This document shows, in pieces, positions 9,538 to 18,230 of a DNA stretch of 30,901 nucleotides. The notes below the pieces were generated by a model. It did not search any database. It was not told the origin of the DNA and saw only the letters and a program-made list of their open reading frames with translations. Position 1 is the stretch's first letter, and each line of letters opens with the position of its first letter. Source of the stretch: a virus (Duplodnaviria; Caudoviricetes); the IMG/VR virus record IMGVR_UViG_3300038679_000359, positions 1 to 30,901 of that record. The stretch is one strand, 5' to 3'. The translations under genes and the position numbers were made by a program.

Positions 9538-10965
9538 TTAGACTCCTAACTCAAACTTTGCATAGTGTCGATTAAAAAAGTTGCTATCATTATCGATAAT
9601 TTCACAATAAAGCTGCAAGTCTGCATATATGGTGTCCCTATGCTTCTGGCAGGTTCCATTTTTATCGGACTCTGACAATTTGATTGTAAAATAACATTGT
9701 CTGCACAGGCTTACTGCCCAACACATTCTACATTTGTCAATTAGAAACTCATGATACCTATTCACTAAAGAAGTTTTTAACTCGTCAATAATGCCAGTTT
9801 CGGCATTTCCAATACTGTTATTAGCTGATGGCATTTTTTCACAAAAGTAATAATCTCCTGTTGTATCAATGAATACAATATCTTCACAAGGATTACATGC
9901 ACCACCAAATGGTACGGTTAAGTTCTTTATTATTTTATTAGATAGCTTTACATATATATCTCTTAATTCATCAAACAATAACATTTGACCCACTTTGAAT
10001 TCAAATTCTTTCAAATAATCAGACTCTTCCTCAACTCTGTATGACTTTGTCATTTTATTGATAGCCGAGTTCATAAGATTGTTTAGATATGAATTGTCAT
10101 AGAAATATTGAGTATTTGTAGAATTCAATATCTGCGATAGTTGTATTGAGCCGACATTGAACAAATCACGATTACTCGAAAAATATCTAAATGCTTCCTT
10201 TAATATTTCCTCATTCTCGTATGTAATTTTAAAGAAAACTTGGCTATCATACGAGCTAGGGGCTCTGACTTTAAAACTTATTAGATTGTCAATAATCGCA
10301 TTAAATGAACCTGAACCATCAACAAATCTTCGGTTTTTGTCGTGAATTTCCGCATTCCCATCAATGCTTACATGAATAATGAAATTGTTTTCTAATAAGA
10401 AATCAAGATTGCTTTCTCTTAACAAGCTTCCATTAGTAGTCACGCTATATACAATTTCTTTAGTTGGGTATGTTTTCCTTATGTATTCTACAGTTTCAGA
10501 AATAATATCTATACGTAGGAGTGGTTCACCACCATAAAAACATAATATCATTTTATTGTGTTTAGAGTATAGCCTATCAACAATCTTCTTTATGCAATCA
10601 ATAGTTATCGATGCAAAAGAATGAAATCGATAACCTAGGTCGGAGTATGAACCACTAAATACGCAATAAGTGCATCTAAAATTACATTCCTTAGTTACAC
10701 ACAACGTCAATTTAATTGCATAATTTGCAGATTCCCTATCAATCTCATTATTACGGAATGAACTAATTGGTAAAGGTAAATAGCATAGTAAGGTTGCAGG
10801 TAATTCAAAGTCTATTAATCTGTCTGATTGAGATGGATTGCTTGTTTTACTATTTTGTATGAGTTCATATATTTCTTTAGAGATTCTATATAGTCGATTT
10901 TCAACGGGGTGATATAAATAGTTTACACCACCCCTTGTTTGAAATATCTGTGAAGCTAACATCAA
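9538..10965 (-). CDS. Radical SAM/SPASM peptide or protein maturase (operon L)
   Basis: CNFRCTYC, FYGGEPLL, TTNG, SIDG; SPASM C-x12-G-x4-C and CRMCWAVSLCRQC; RRE-like N-terminus. Confidence 0.93.
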   Translation of the reverse strand: MMLASQIFQTRGGVNYLYHPVENRLYRISKEIYELIQNSKTSNPSQSDRLIDFELPATLLCYLPLPISSFRNNEIDRESANYAIKLTLCVTKECNFRCTYCVFSGSYSDLGYRFHSFASITIDCIKKIVDRLYSKHNKMILCFYGGEPLLRIDIISETVEYIRKTYPTKEIVYSVTTNGSLLRESNLDFLLENNFIIHVSIDGNAEIHDKNRRFVDGSGSFNAIIDNLISFKVRAPSSYDSQVFFKITYENEEILKEAFRYFSSNRDLFNVGSIQLSQILNSTNTQYFYDNSYLNNLMNSAINKMTKSYRVEEESDYLKEFEFKVGQMLLFDELRDIYVKLSNKIIKNLTVPFGGACNPCEDIVFIDTTGDYYFCEKMPSANNSIGNAETGIIDELKTSLVNRYHEFLIDKCRMCWAVSLCRQCYFTIKLSESDKNGTCQKHRDTIYADLQLYCEIIDNDSNFFNRHYAKFELGV

Positions 10966-10966
10966 T

Positions 10967-11374
10967 TTACTTTGTACTAGCTGTTGTCTGACCAGGTATA
11001 GCTTCAGCTGCTTTACCAGTTTTCTTCCCTAAATCAATATTCGTTGATCCATGTCCAAAAAACCAACCGCATCTACAACTAGCATTTACAACACAATCAC
11101 CAATGGCAGGTGCTCTGATAACCATAGGACCATCGATGCTTTCAATAGATGTTTTTTCGGTCGAAAACACAGGATAAGTAAAAACGTAAATGCTCTGTAA
11201 TTTATTATTTCTTTGTGGTAACATCTTGGCTATGGATATCTCCATCAATAATTTCTGTGTAGAGTTCATAGAAGGTATCACTGATGTAATAATATCAAGT
11301 CTGCCAATAAATTGGCTATTACCACCAAAGCTTAGTAAATTAGAGCAGTTCGGGTAACTATGCTGAATCAACAT
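10967..11374 (-). CDS. 135-aa protein, candidate rSAM substrate (operon L)
   Basis: GGAGG SD before ATG 11374; C-terminal DCVVNASCRCGWFFGHG; stop lies 1 nt before the rSAM start. Confidence 0.7.
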   Translation of the reverse strand: MLIQHSYPNCSNLLSFGGNSQFIGRLDIITSVIPSMNSTQKLLMEISIAKMLPQRNNKLQSIYVFTYPVFSTEKTSIESIDGPMVIRAPAIGDCVVNASCRCGWFFGHGSTNIDLGKKTGKAAEAIPGQTTASTK

Positions 11375-11402
11375 ATTTCCTCCCAATACTTATCATGAGA
11401 AT

Positions 11403-11918
11403 TTAATTGGCATTTGATAAATTGATTACATCAAACCCAGTTTTGGAATACCTTAATGAAGAATCAAGTTCTAATTCAATGGTGAAAGTACAAGTAGAAT
11501 CTCCGTCTGCAACAATAATATCTCCTGGATATAACTTGTCCGATACTGATGCATTCGATGCATTGGAGGAATTAAAAGCATCAGATATGGTCGTATTCAT
11601 AACTTGATAGTTGTAACGTAGAATTTTTACTTTATTACTCACTGAAGTTACCTCTACTTTACTAAAACCTACCGGAATTCTTAATCCTTGTTCGAAAGCT
11701 AAGTTGTCATCTGGAGTGAATTCTAAACTGATTGTATTATTGCCATCAATGATAATAATATCTCTATTATTACCGGTATTTAATATTGTTCCATTCGAAA
11801 TATATTGAGCTGCACTATCTTCGAATGCTCCATCTGAACCTAAAGTGGTTGGCCAATCAGAAGACTTGATTGCCTTCGCAATATTGGCTGCGCATAGAAT
11901 CTTAAAATCGGCTGCCAT
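11403..11918 (-). CDS. 171-aa beta-rich repeat protein, paralog of 12224-12712 (operon L, gene 1)
   Basis: AAGGAG SD; shares DW..T.G, GL..PVGF, Y.GD.I, Y.KTGF....LSNA with the partner. Confidence 0.85.
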   Translation of the reverse strand: MAADFKILCAANIAKAIKSSDWPTTLGSDGAFEDSAAQYISNGTILNTGNNRDIIIIDGNNTISLEFTPDDNLAFEQGLRIPVGFSKVEVTSVSNKVKILRYNYQVMNTTISDAFNSSNASNASVSDKLYPGDIIVADGDSTCTFTIELELDSSLRYSKTGFDVINLSNAN

Positions 11919-11945
11919 AAAAAAATCTCCTTTAAATTATAATAC

Positions 11946-11977
11946 TACAATCAAATTGTAACTCGTACAATTGTCAA
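11946..11977 (-). promoter_or_regulatory. Putative promoter of operon L (TTGACA-N22-TGTA)
   Basis: TTGACA at 11977-11972; homologous to the operon R leader. Confidence 0.6.
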
Positions 11978-12083
11978 TTCAAATCTTATTACACTAATTT
12001 ATAAGTACTTATGGTTAGTGTTATTTCGATATAATTGAGTGGATTTGATAGTGATGAATACATCTAAAATACATAATGGTTAC

Positions 12084-12104
12084 CTACCAAAATGATTTTG
12101 GTAG
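12084..12104. promoter_or_regulatory. Perfect 21-bp palindrome between the divergent operons; candidate operator
   Basis: CTACCAAAAT-G-ATTTTGGTAG. Confidence 0.55.
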
Positions 12105-12168
12105 AGACACTTCATAATTTGACATGATCATCACAAGCATCTTAACGCCATAGGATGCAAAGATTTTG

Positions 12169-12199
12169 TTGACAATTCTAGTGTGCTATAAACTGTGTA
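12169..12199 (+). promoter_or_regulatory. Putative promoter of operon R (TTGACA-N21-TGTA)
   Basis: TTGACA at 12169-12174, TGTA 12196-12199, AAGGAG SD at 12212. Confidence 0.6.
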
Positions 12200-12223
12200 T
12201 TAAAATAATTTAAGGAGAATTCA

Positions 12224-12712
12224 ATGGACATCACAGTAAGCTTTATCTCAGGTACTGTCAAAAAGGTAGTCAATCATGATTGGCTTAAGACAGTTGGTGC
12301 AGGTGGAATATGGGAAAGTGCGGCTTCCCAAATTATTTCAAGCGGGTACACTTTGAAACTCGATGAAATACTTGTATTGCAAGATAATCAAGAACTTGAT
12401 ATCACTCTTGAAACTCCCTCAACAGAAACTGACAAGGGGCTTTACGTACCAGTAGGGTTTGATCATATTGAAGTGGTAAATGCTAGTGGGAAAGTAAGGC
12501 ATCTTGCTTACGACAAACAAACTTTCGCTTCTACTATCGATAATATCAGCAGTGACCCAGCAATGCAGTTGCTTAGTATTGGTGATGTAGTATATGGTGG
12601 AGATCTGATTTCATTGGATGATTCAAGCTTAGTAACTCTTAGATTTTCGCTCGGAGATGATAGTAAGTATATCAAAACAGGTTTTAATATAGTTGCTTTA
12701 TCAAATGCATAA
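12224..12712 (+). CDS. 162-aa beta-rich repeat protein, paralog of 11403-11918 (operon R, gene 1)
   Basis: AAGGAG SD; two internal ~80-aa repeats; shared motifs with the partner. Confidence 0.85.
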   Translation: MDITVSFISGTVKKVVNHDWLKTVGAGGIWESAASQIISSGYTLKLDEILVLQDNQELDITLETPSTETDKGLYVPVGFDHIEVVNASGKVRHLAYDKQTFASTIDNISSDPAMQLLSIGDVVYGGDLISLDDSSLVTLRFSLGDDSKYIKTGFNIVALSNA

Positions 12713-12731
12713 AAGATAGAAGATTCCTTAA

Positions 12732-14213
12732 ATGTTACTTCCCGCTTTTGTGCTAGTTAATCACAATTTTGAGTTTGGGTTCTATTCTGAGAAGCGCAAT
12801 GATTTTGTAGCTGTGAGTCCGCAATTATATGAGTACTTATCTTCTATAGAGTCAATAATTGCTTCTCAGGATGAAACCAAATTGATGCCACATTTAGATT
12901 GTTTAGATAATGAATTATGTGAGTTACTTTTCTACACAGAACAATGCGATGCGTTACAGGATGATGAAGATGATATTTTGTTTAACGTAGAGCCAGATTC
13001 TATAATTGATGATCTTAAAGATGCAATGCTAACGATAGAATTAACTAATGAGTGTAATTTATCATGTCTATATTGTACTGGGGATCATAGAACTACAAAT
13101 CGCATTGATTTCATGACTGATGAAGTTGCAGACAAACTAGTTAAATTTATTGAAACAAACTATTTAGATCGGAGTATTGTTATAGCCTTTTATGGAGGCG
13201 AACCATTACTAAATTTCGATAGATTAAAGTCTATCGTAGATCAGTTTAGCAAGTCAGATTTTGTTGTTAAATCATATGGTATAACAACTAATCTCACTAT
13301 AATTAACGACGATATCATAGACTTTTTCAATGATACAAATATGAAGGTTCTCGTTAGTTTTGATGGTTATAAAGAAAATCATGACTATAATCGAAGAACA
13401 AAAAATGACGAAGGCACTTATGATGTCATTTACAAGAACATTGTAATTTTGTATGAAGGGCTAAAAAACAAGGATAACTTTGCAATAAATTGTGTAATTA
13501 CTCCAAATACTAATGTAGCTTTGCTTACAAAATATTTTAACAATTTTCCATATGTAAAAAAGAAAGGTGAGTTTTATGAAAATTTGTCTTTTAATTACGT
13601 GTCTAATATTAGCTCAAAGCTTGACTACATTAACAATTACTCGTTAGAATCAATAAGCGGTTATCAGAAGAATTATTTAGATATGCTTGAAAGAGTATCT
13701 TCGGGCAAAATAATTGAACATGTTAATTCAGAAATAGACGATTTTATTTACAACATGTGGTATCTTAGAATTTGTCATATGTACAAGATCGTGAACTTAA
13801 AGTTTAATGAAGGTTTGAAAAAAAAAGTATGTGAGCCTGGTGAAAGAAAAGTATACGTTTCATCAACAGGAGTTTTGAAAGTGTGCAATATGCTTAATAG
13901 CAAAAATTCCCATACGGATATAGGAACATTGGATAATGGATTTTCGACGGAAGTATGTGAATATATGGAAAACATTCAGAAGTCTTTTCGTAAAGGATGT
14001 ATAAATTGCTATTGCCAAAGGTTTTGTAGACCATGCCTAGCCAATATGTTTGATGATAGAGATTCAAAATTCGATAAAGAATTTATGGAAGAAACATTCT
14101 GCTTTGGAGAGAAAATGTTAAGCAGGTATGTGCTTAATTTCCTTTTTTATATATCACGATCAGATGACATTAATATGAAACAACTATTCGGAAAAATTGG
14201 AGGTTCACAATGA
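12732..14213 (+). CDS. Radical SAM/SPASM peptide or protein maturase (operon R)
   Basis: CNLSCLYC, FYGGEPLL, TTN, SFDG; SPASM C-x12-G-x4-C and CINCYCQRFCRPC; RRE-like N-terminus. Confidence 0.93.
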   Translation: MLLPAFVLVNHNFEFGFYSEKRNDFVAVSPQLYEYLSSIESIIASQDETKLMPHLDCLDNELCELLFYTEQCDALQDDEDDILFNVEPDSIIDDLKDAMLTIELTNECNLSCLYCTGDHRTTNRIDFMTDEVADKLVKFIETNYLDRSIVIAFYGGEPLLNFDRLKSIVDQFSKSDFVVKSYGITTNLTIINDDIIDFFNDTNMKVLVSFDGYKENHDYNRRTKNDEGTYDVIYKNIVILYEGLKNKDNFAINCVITPNTNVALLTKYFNNFPYVKKKGEFYENLSFNYVSNISSKLDYINNYSLESISGYQKNYLDMLERVSSGKIIEHVNSEIDDFIYNMWYLRICHMYKIVNLKFNEGLKKKVCEPGERKVYVSSTGVLKVCNMLNSKNSHTDIGTLDNGFSTEVCEYMENIQKSFRKGCINCYCQRFCRPCLANMFDDRDSKFDKEFMEETFCFGEKMLSRYVLNFLFYISRSDDINMKQLFGKIGGSQ

Positions 14214-14593
14214 AAGCTGACAGAATTATGTTCACAATTGGCGACATTAACACGAATACAATGAAAAATAGTGTTATAACTTATCGAGTTGAAGAAACGG
14301 GTTTAATATCTGGCAATTGGGGTTATCGTGAAGTACAACTATGCAGTTATAGACTCTATCATGGTGGTTCTGAACATGAAGTTTACGACCAACCTCATTG
14401 CCACCACTTGCCCCGCGTTAGACAAGCAATTGAAAGAATAGGTAGATGGTGCAATATTTTGGGCGGTGCTAGATGCGAACCTGCTGGGACTTGTGCTGAA
14501 AATTCTACTGGGGTTGATCAAACTGTCCATATGCAATATGATGTAGCTCATGTGCAAAATGGATTTTTCGTTGGTTCTACAGCAGGTATGTAA
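14210..14593 (+). CDS. 127-aa Cys/His/Gly-rich protein, candidate rSAM substrate (operon R)
   Basis: GGAGG SD, ATGA-coupled to rSAM; PHCHH and RWCNILGGARCEPAGTC segments. Confidence 0.72.
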   Translation: MKADRIMFTIGDINTNTMKNSVITYRVEETGLISGNWGYREVQLCSYRLYHGGSEHEVYDQPHCHHLPRVRQAIERIGRWCNILGGARCEPAGTCAENSTGVDQTVHMQYDVAHVQNGFFVGSTAGM

Positions 14594-14608
14594 CAAGGAT
14601 GATGTAAT

Positions 14609-15757
14609 ATGTCAATTTCGATAAAACTAACTACAGCATATTTACTTATAGTATGTAGTATTCTTTCTGGTTGCATTGCACATAACTTTAAAGCTAAGGA
14701 TAGCATAAGAGTCGTTTCTCAAGATGGGGCTACTCTTTTGGGGCATCACTTTTTCTCAACCTCAACAGGCTTCAATACTAGTCCAGGCTTGCCTTTGGTA
14801 ATCGGTAAAACAATATTTGTACCAGTTTATTTCACGAAACCCAAGGCTGATTGGTACACAATCTTGTATTCTTATGATTGGACTAAAAACGAAGTTAAAG
14901 ATAGCCTTATCATTAGAAAAGAAAAAACAAATTCAGAAATACTAAGAATATTACCCAAGGGCGATAGCTTGTTTATCCTAGTATCAGAAAAGACTTTAAT
15001 GGGATATTCTAGGAGTGTGCTAATAAAAACTAATTTACACTTAAGTGTCTATGATGAAGATACGTTACCCCTAACATATGACAGAGTGTTTGACGTTACA
15101 TGGAGTAGCAAATCCTTATTATTTATCTCATCTGACAATGGGAAGGTTAAGTTAACCGAAATTGATCCCTATACATCTTCGATAACCTTAACTCAAGAGA
15201 TTGAGCCATATTGTCAATCTGCTATGTTCTGTGACGGAAAACTTATTATGGTGAATACTGTATCACAAGAAGTATTTATTACATTAATGGATATTAATAG
15301 TATCGATAGTATGCAAAAACCGGTAATAAAGAAATTGAACATTAATGAGTCTGATATTCATAATATTACTATGATGTCGGACAACGGTACCGCTTATATT
15401 GCAATTTACTTGCCGGATGATAAGACAGCAATGATAACAGCAATTGACCTTGATTCAAACAATTTGCTAACGAAACGAATTGAAGCAACATCATGTGCCG
15501 TTGCACGGATTGCCGACAAAGAGTATCTTTTTTTAGATCAAAGCATGCAAGGTAAATCAGATCTAAGTATTGTTGAGCTATCGGCAAACCTCTCGCCAAC
15601 CAAGCAAAGCCTGTCATTTTCGGCATCATCATATATGCAGCATGCGGTTGGGTTTGTAAATCTCGGTAATAACAACTTTGTATTGACTGGTATATCACGT
15701 AGAAATCCAAAAAGCAATTTTAGTACTTTTATTGTTGTTGGAGAGAAGAGCCGTTAA
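14609..15757 (+). CDS. Lipoprotein, beta-propeller-like (operon R, gene 4)
   Basis: Signal peptide with lipobox LSG-C22; beta-strand-rich repeats (LYSYDW, LTEIDP, ITAIDL). Confidence 0.7.
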   Translation: MSISIKLTTAYLLIVCSILSGCIAHNFKAKDSIRVVSQDGATLLGHHFFSTSTGFNTSPGLPLVIGKTIFVPVYFTKPKADWYTILYSYDWTKNEVKDSLIIRKEKTNSEILRILPKGDSLFILVSEKTLMGYSRSVLIKTNLHLSVYDEDTLPLTYDRVFDVTWSSKSLLFISSDNGKVKLTEIDPYTSSITLTQEIEPYCQSAMFCDGKLIMVNTVSQEVFITLMDINSIDSMQKPVIKKLNINESDIHNITMMSDNGTAYIAIYLPDDKTAMITAIDLDSNNLLTKRIEATSCAVARIADKEYLFLDQSMQGKSDLSIVELSANLSPTKQSLSFSASSYMQHAVGFVNLGNNNFVLTGISRRNPKSNFSTFIVVGEKSR

Positions 15758-16288
15758 ATACATTAGTTTTTTGTATTATTGTCATCGAAACTATGATAAA
15801 TAATCAGGTTGGTATGGATTAAAATTATATATTCTCAATGATTTTTTTTTATTCTATACCTTCATGCATTTCTTAATTTGTAGTATAATATAGTTGCTCA
15901 AGTTAAAATGAACATACTCCATTTTATTGGCCAGTAATATATGAACACTTTGCTAAAGACTTCTTTTCAAAGACATCAATAAACTCTCTTGGTTAAAATT
16001 CAACACCCTGTGGTGTATTTCCTAATGGTAATACTTGCGCTAGTTCTCAATACCCTCCTTTCATCAAATAAAAAAAGCAATAATTTATGTTAATGACTGA
16101 CCATAAACCATTTAATAAGTGTGTCTTACATGGAATTTATGTGTGTATTATACCATCAGACGACGAAAGTTACTTTTTAGAGATACGATGACCAAGCAGT
16201 GTATAACTAAAGATAACATAAGCAGCGAGGCAAGATACAAGTCTATAAAATAAATCTTCTTTATCATTATTTGTGTGGCATCCATTGG

Positions 16289-16351
16289 CAAGCTGATTTG
16301 ATAAAATCACCCGCAGCATGTTCCTATCACTCCGAATACAATATTTGGAGT
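16289..16351 (+). promoter_or_regulatory. Putative late promoter motif plus RBS-sequestering hairpin before endolysin
   Basis: CAAGCTGATTTG-ATAAA-ATCAC; stem ACTCCGAATA/TATTTGGAGT covers the GGAG SD. Confidence 0.65.
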
Positions 16352-16355
16352 ATAG

Positions 16356-16778
16356 ATGGAACAGTGCCTATTAGTTAGAGTCAAAGAGCAACTCATCCGG
16401 CACGAAGGTTTGAGATTAAAGCCCTATCGTTGTACAGCAGGTAAACTGACCATTGGTGTGGGTCGCAATCTCGATGACTGCGGGATATCAAAGCCAGAAG
16501 CAATGGTGCTTCTGGATAACGATATACTGAACTGTGAAGCTGAACTGCTGGAGCATCTGCCTGTTGTCTATATGGGATTGAATGATACCCGCAAAGCAGT
16601 TCTGGTGAGCATGTGCTTCAACCTCGGGATATCCTGTCTGTTGGGCTTCAAGAACACTTTAGCTTTTATTGGTGCCGGAGACTTCGAGAGAGCCTCCAAT
16701 AACATGCTGGCTTCCAAGTGGGCAAAACAGGTCGGTCTGCGAGCCATTGAACTGTCTGAGATGATGAGGAAAGGCTAA
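16356..16778 (+). CDS. Endolysin, T4-type/GH24 lysozyme-like
   Basis: HEGLRLKPYRCTAGKLTIGVGRNL catalytic region; MCFNLG; SKWAKQVG.RA. Confidence 0.9.
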   Translation: MEQCLLVRVKEQLIRHEGLRLKPYRCTAGKLTIGVGRNLDDCGISKPEAMVLLDNDILNCEAELLEHLPVVYMGLNDTRKAVLVSMCFNLGISCLLGFKNTLAFIGAGDFERASNNMLASKWAKQVGLRAIELSEMMRKG

Positions 16779-17238
16779 TGCCTCCTGCATACCCAGTTTC
16801 AATTCCGGATGTGTTATCCGTGCTCAATCTTCCGGCAGACATGGAAACCAATAGTGTATTCAAGAATCATGCTCCCTTGGTTCTGGAACTGGTACGTCTG
16901 GTGGTGATCGATAACTATTACCAGTCTGCCTTTGATCCCAGAGTGGGAGAGATGATGCTCTCTATATCGCCTTTCGTTATGCCTACTGTTTCTACATGCT
17001 TTATTCCACCTGCGAGTTCCTCAATTTAAAGACTTTAGGCGAGGGTATCGTCAAGACCGTAGGATTAGACCAATCAGCAACAGAACTGCTCACAGGTGCG
17101 GAAATAGACGCATTCAAAGCCAACCTTGAGAAGCGGGCACTGACTCTACTCGGTGCTTATCTGAACCCTGTTGGATTTGCCAAACTGGAACAGTTATCTC
17201 CCAGACCGGCACGGAAGCTTAGAGTTGGAGTCATCTAA
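16778..17238 (+). pseudogene. Putative head-tail connector-type gene split by a -1 frameshift near 16944-16951
   Basis: ORFs 16778-17029 and 16996-17238 join into ~153 aa if one base is added in GTGGGAGAGATGAT; both ends TAATG-coupled to neighbours. Confidence 0.7.
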
Positions 17239-17744
17239 TGGCAGATACTATTTCCACTGATGCCACCTTCACTTCTGTGGATGAGATGATGACTGCCATT
17301 TATAGGGCTATCTATACGGCTCTGGAGAGCAGACTGCATCTGATCGGTTCCACTATCGATGGCGATGCCAGGAGAGAGATACTTGCCCAGAACATCTATG
17401 ACAAAGGTGACTTCTACGGCAATACCGGCTATCTGGTAGAAACTGCCTCTGACTCAATGATCCTGCATATAGGCTCCAATGTAAAACATGAACCATTTGT
17501 ACTGGGTGGCAAAGTGCCTTCCTGGACTCCCATAGCCCCGCTAATTAGTTGGGTCGAACGCAAGCACCTGTCCTGGACTGATAAAAAGACAGGTCTTGAG
17601 TTGACTATCGAAGAGATCGCTTATCTCATCCGGGGCAAGATAAAGCGGGAAGGCATAGCTGCCCGGAACATTTTTGCTGAAGTACTGGCTAATAGAGAGC
17701 CGTGGATATACCAGCAGCTTAACTCCATCGAGGTCAGACTATGA
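17238..17744 (+). CDS. Putative neck/virion morphogenesis protein
   Basis: IGSNVKHEPFV.GG and I.REGIAAR motifs typical of gp10/gpG-like neck proteins; context. Confidence 0.55.
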   Translation: MADTISTDATFTSVDEMMTAIYRAIYTALESRLHLIGSTIDGDARREILAQNIYDKGDFYGNTGYLVETASDSMILHIGSNVKHEPFVLGGKVPSWTPIAPLISWVERKHLSWTDKKTGLELTIEEIAYLIRGKIKREGIAARNIFAEVLANREPWIYQQLNSIEVRL

Positions 17745-17746
17745 TA

Positions 17747-18217
17747 TTATCCATTCAAGATTTCGATATGTTCCAAATATTCAGTATTAACAACCTCAAT
17801 ATCATCAGGAGATTCAAAAAATTGACGATAAAATATGGCTTCTCTCATATGTATAGAGGGGTTCAAAGATTCTATGAGGTTATTAGCAGGTACAGTATAG
17901 CCAACTGTATTCAGAAATTTGGATATCGTGTTATTCAACTTGCATCCATGAGATGCGTCATGAGCAGTTCCATCTTTATTAATTGCATACAGATGATTGT
18001 TTCTGTCATAGAAATGATAATGGGGTTGAGCATTAGGAGGAACTTTGGGTTTATGCTCTATAGCAGAATAAGTTCCCCCAATAGGTTTTCCCTTATACTT
18101 CGCTTCATTAAGCAATTCAACTATATCTTCAGTCAGATTGATAGAGCTATTCTCAAAGTAGATTTGAATAATAAAATCGGGACTTTCAATGACTACTTGG
18201 CTAAAGTTAACATCCAT
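17747..18217 (-). CDS. Moron 1: hypothetical His-motif protein
   Basis: AT-rich, antisense, GGAGG SD before ATG 18217; QPHYHFY...INKDGTAHDASH. Confidence 0.7.
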   Translation of the reverse strand: MDVNFSQVVIESPDFIIQIYFENSSINLTEDIVELLNEAKYKGKPIGGTYSAIEHKPKVPPNAQPHYHFYDRNNHLYAINKDGTAHDASHGCKLNNTISKFLNTVGYTVPANNLIESLNPSIHMREAIFYRQFFESPDDIEVVNTEYLEHIEILNG

Positions 18218-18230
18218 TGTTACCTCCAAA

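Larger units (their letters stand above)
8291..16288. other. AT-rich accessory cassette with two divergent radical SAM operons
   Basis: Sampled line 8641-8700 is 28% GC versus 53% for capsid line 21601-21660; interrupts the phage gene order between MuF and endolysin. Confidence 0.9.

Noticed and set aside
9538-14213. rSAMs as anaerobic sulfatase maturases, viperins or DNA-modification (QueE-like) enzymes
   Set aside because: No sulfatase or 7-deazaguanine genes nearby; length, RRE-like N-terminus and full SPASM fit peptide/protein maturases better
16000-16050. Minus-strand 16-aa ORF (MRTSASITIRKYTTGC) after AAAGGAGG as the missing RiPP precursor
   Set aside because: TTG start only 3 nt from the SD, antisense to operon R and no leader features; cannot be supported without homologs
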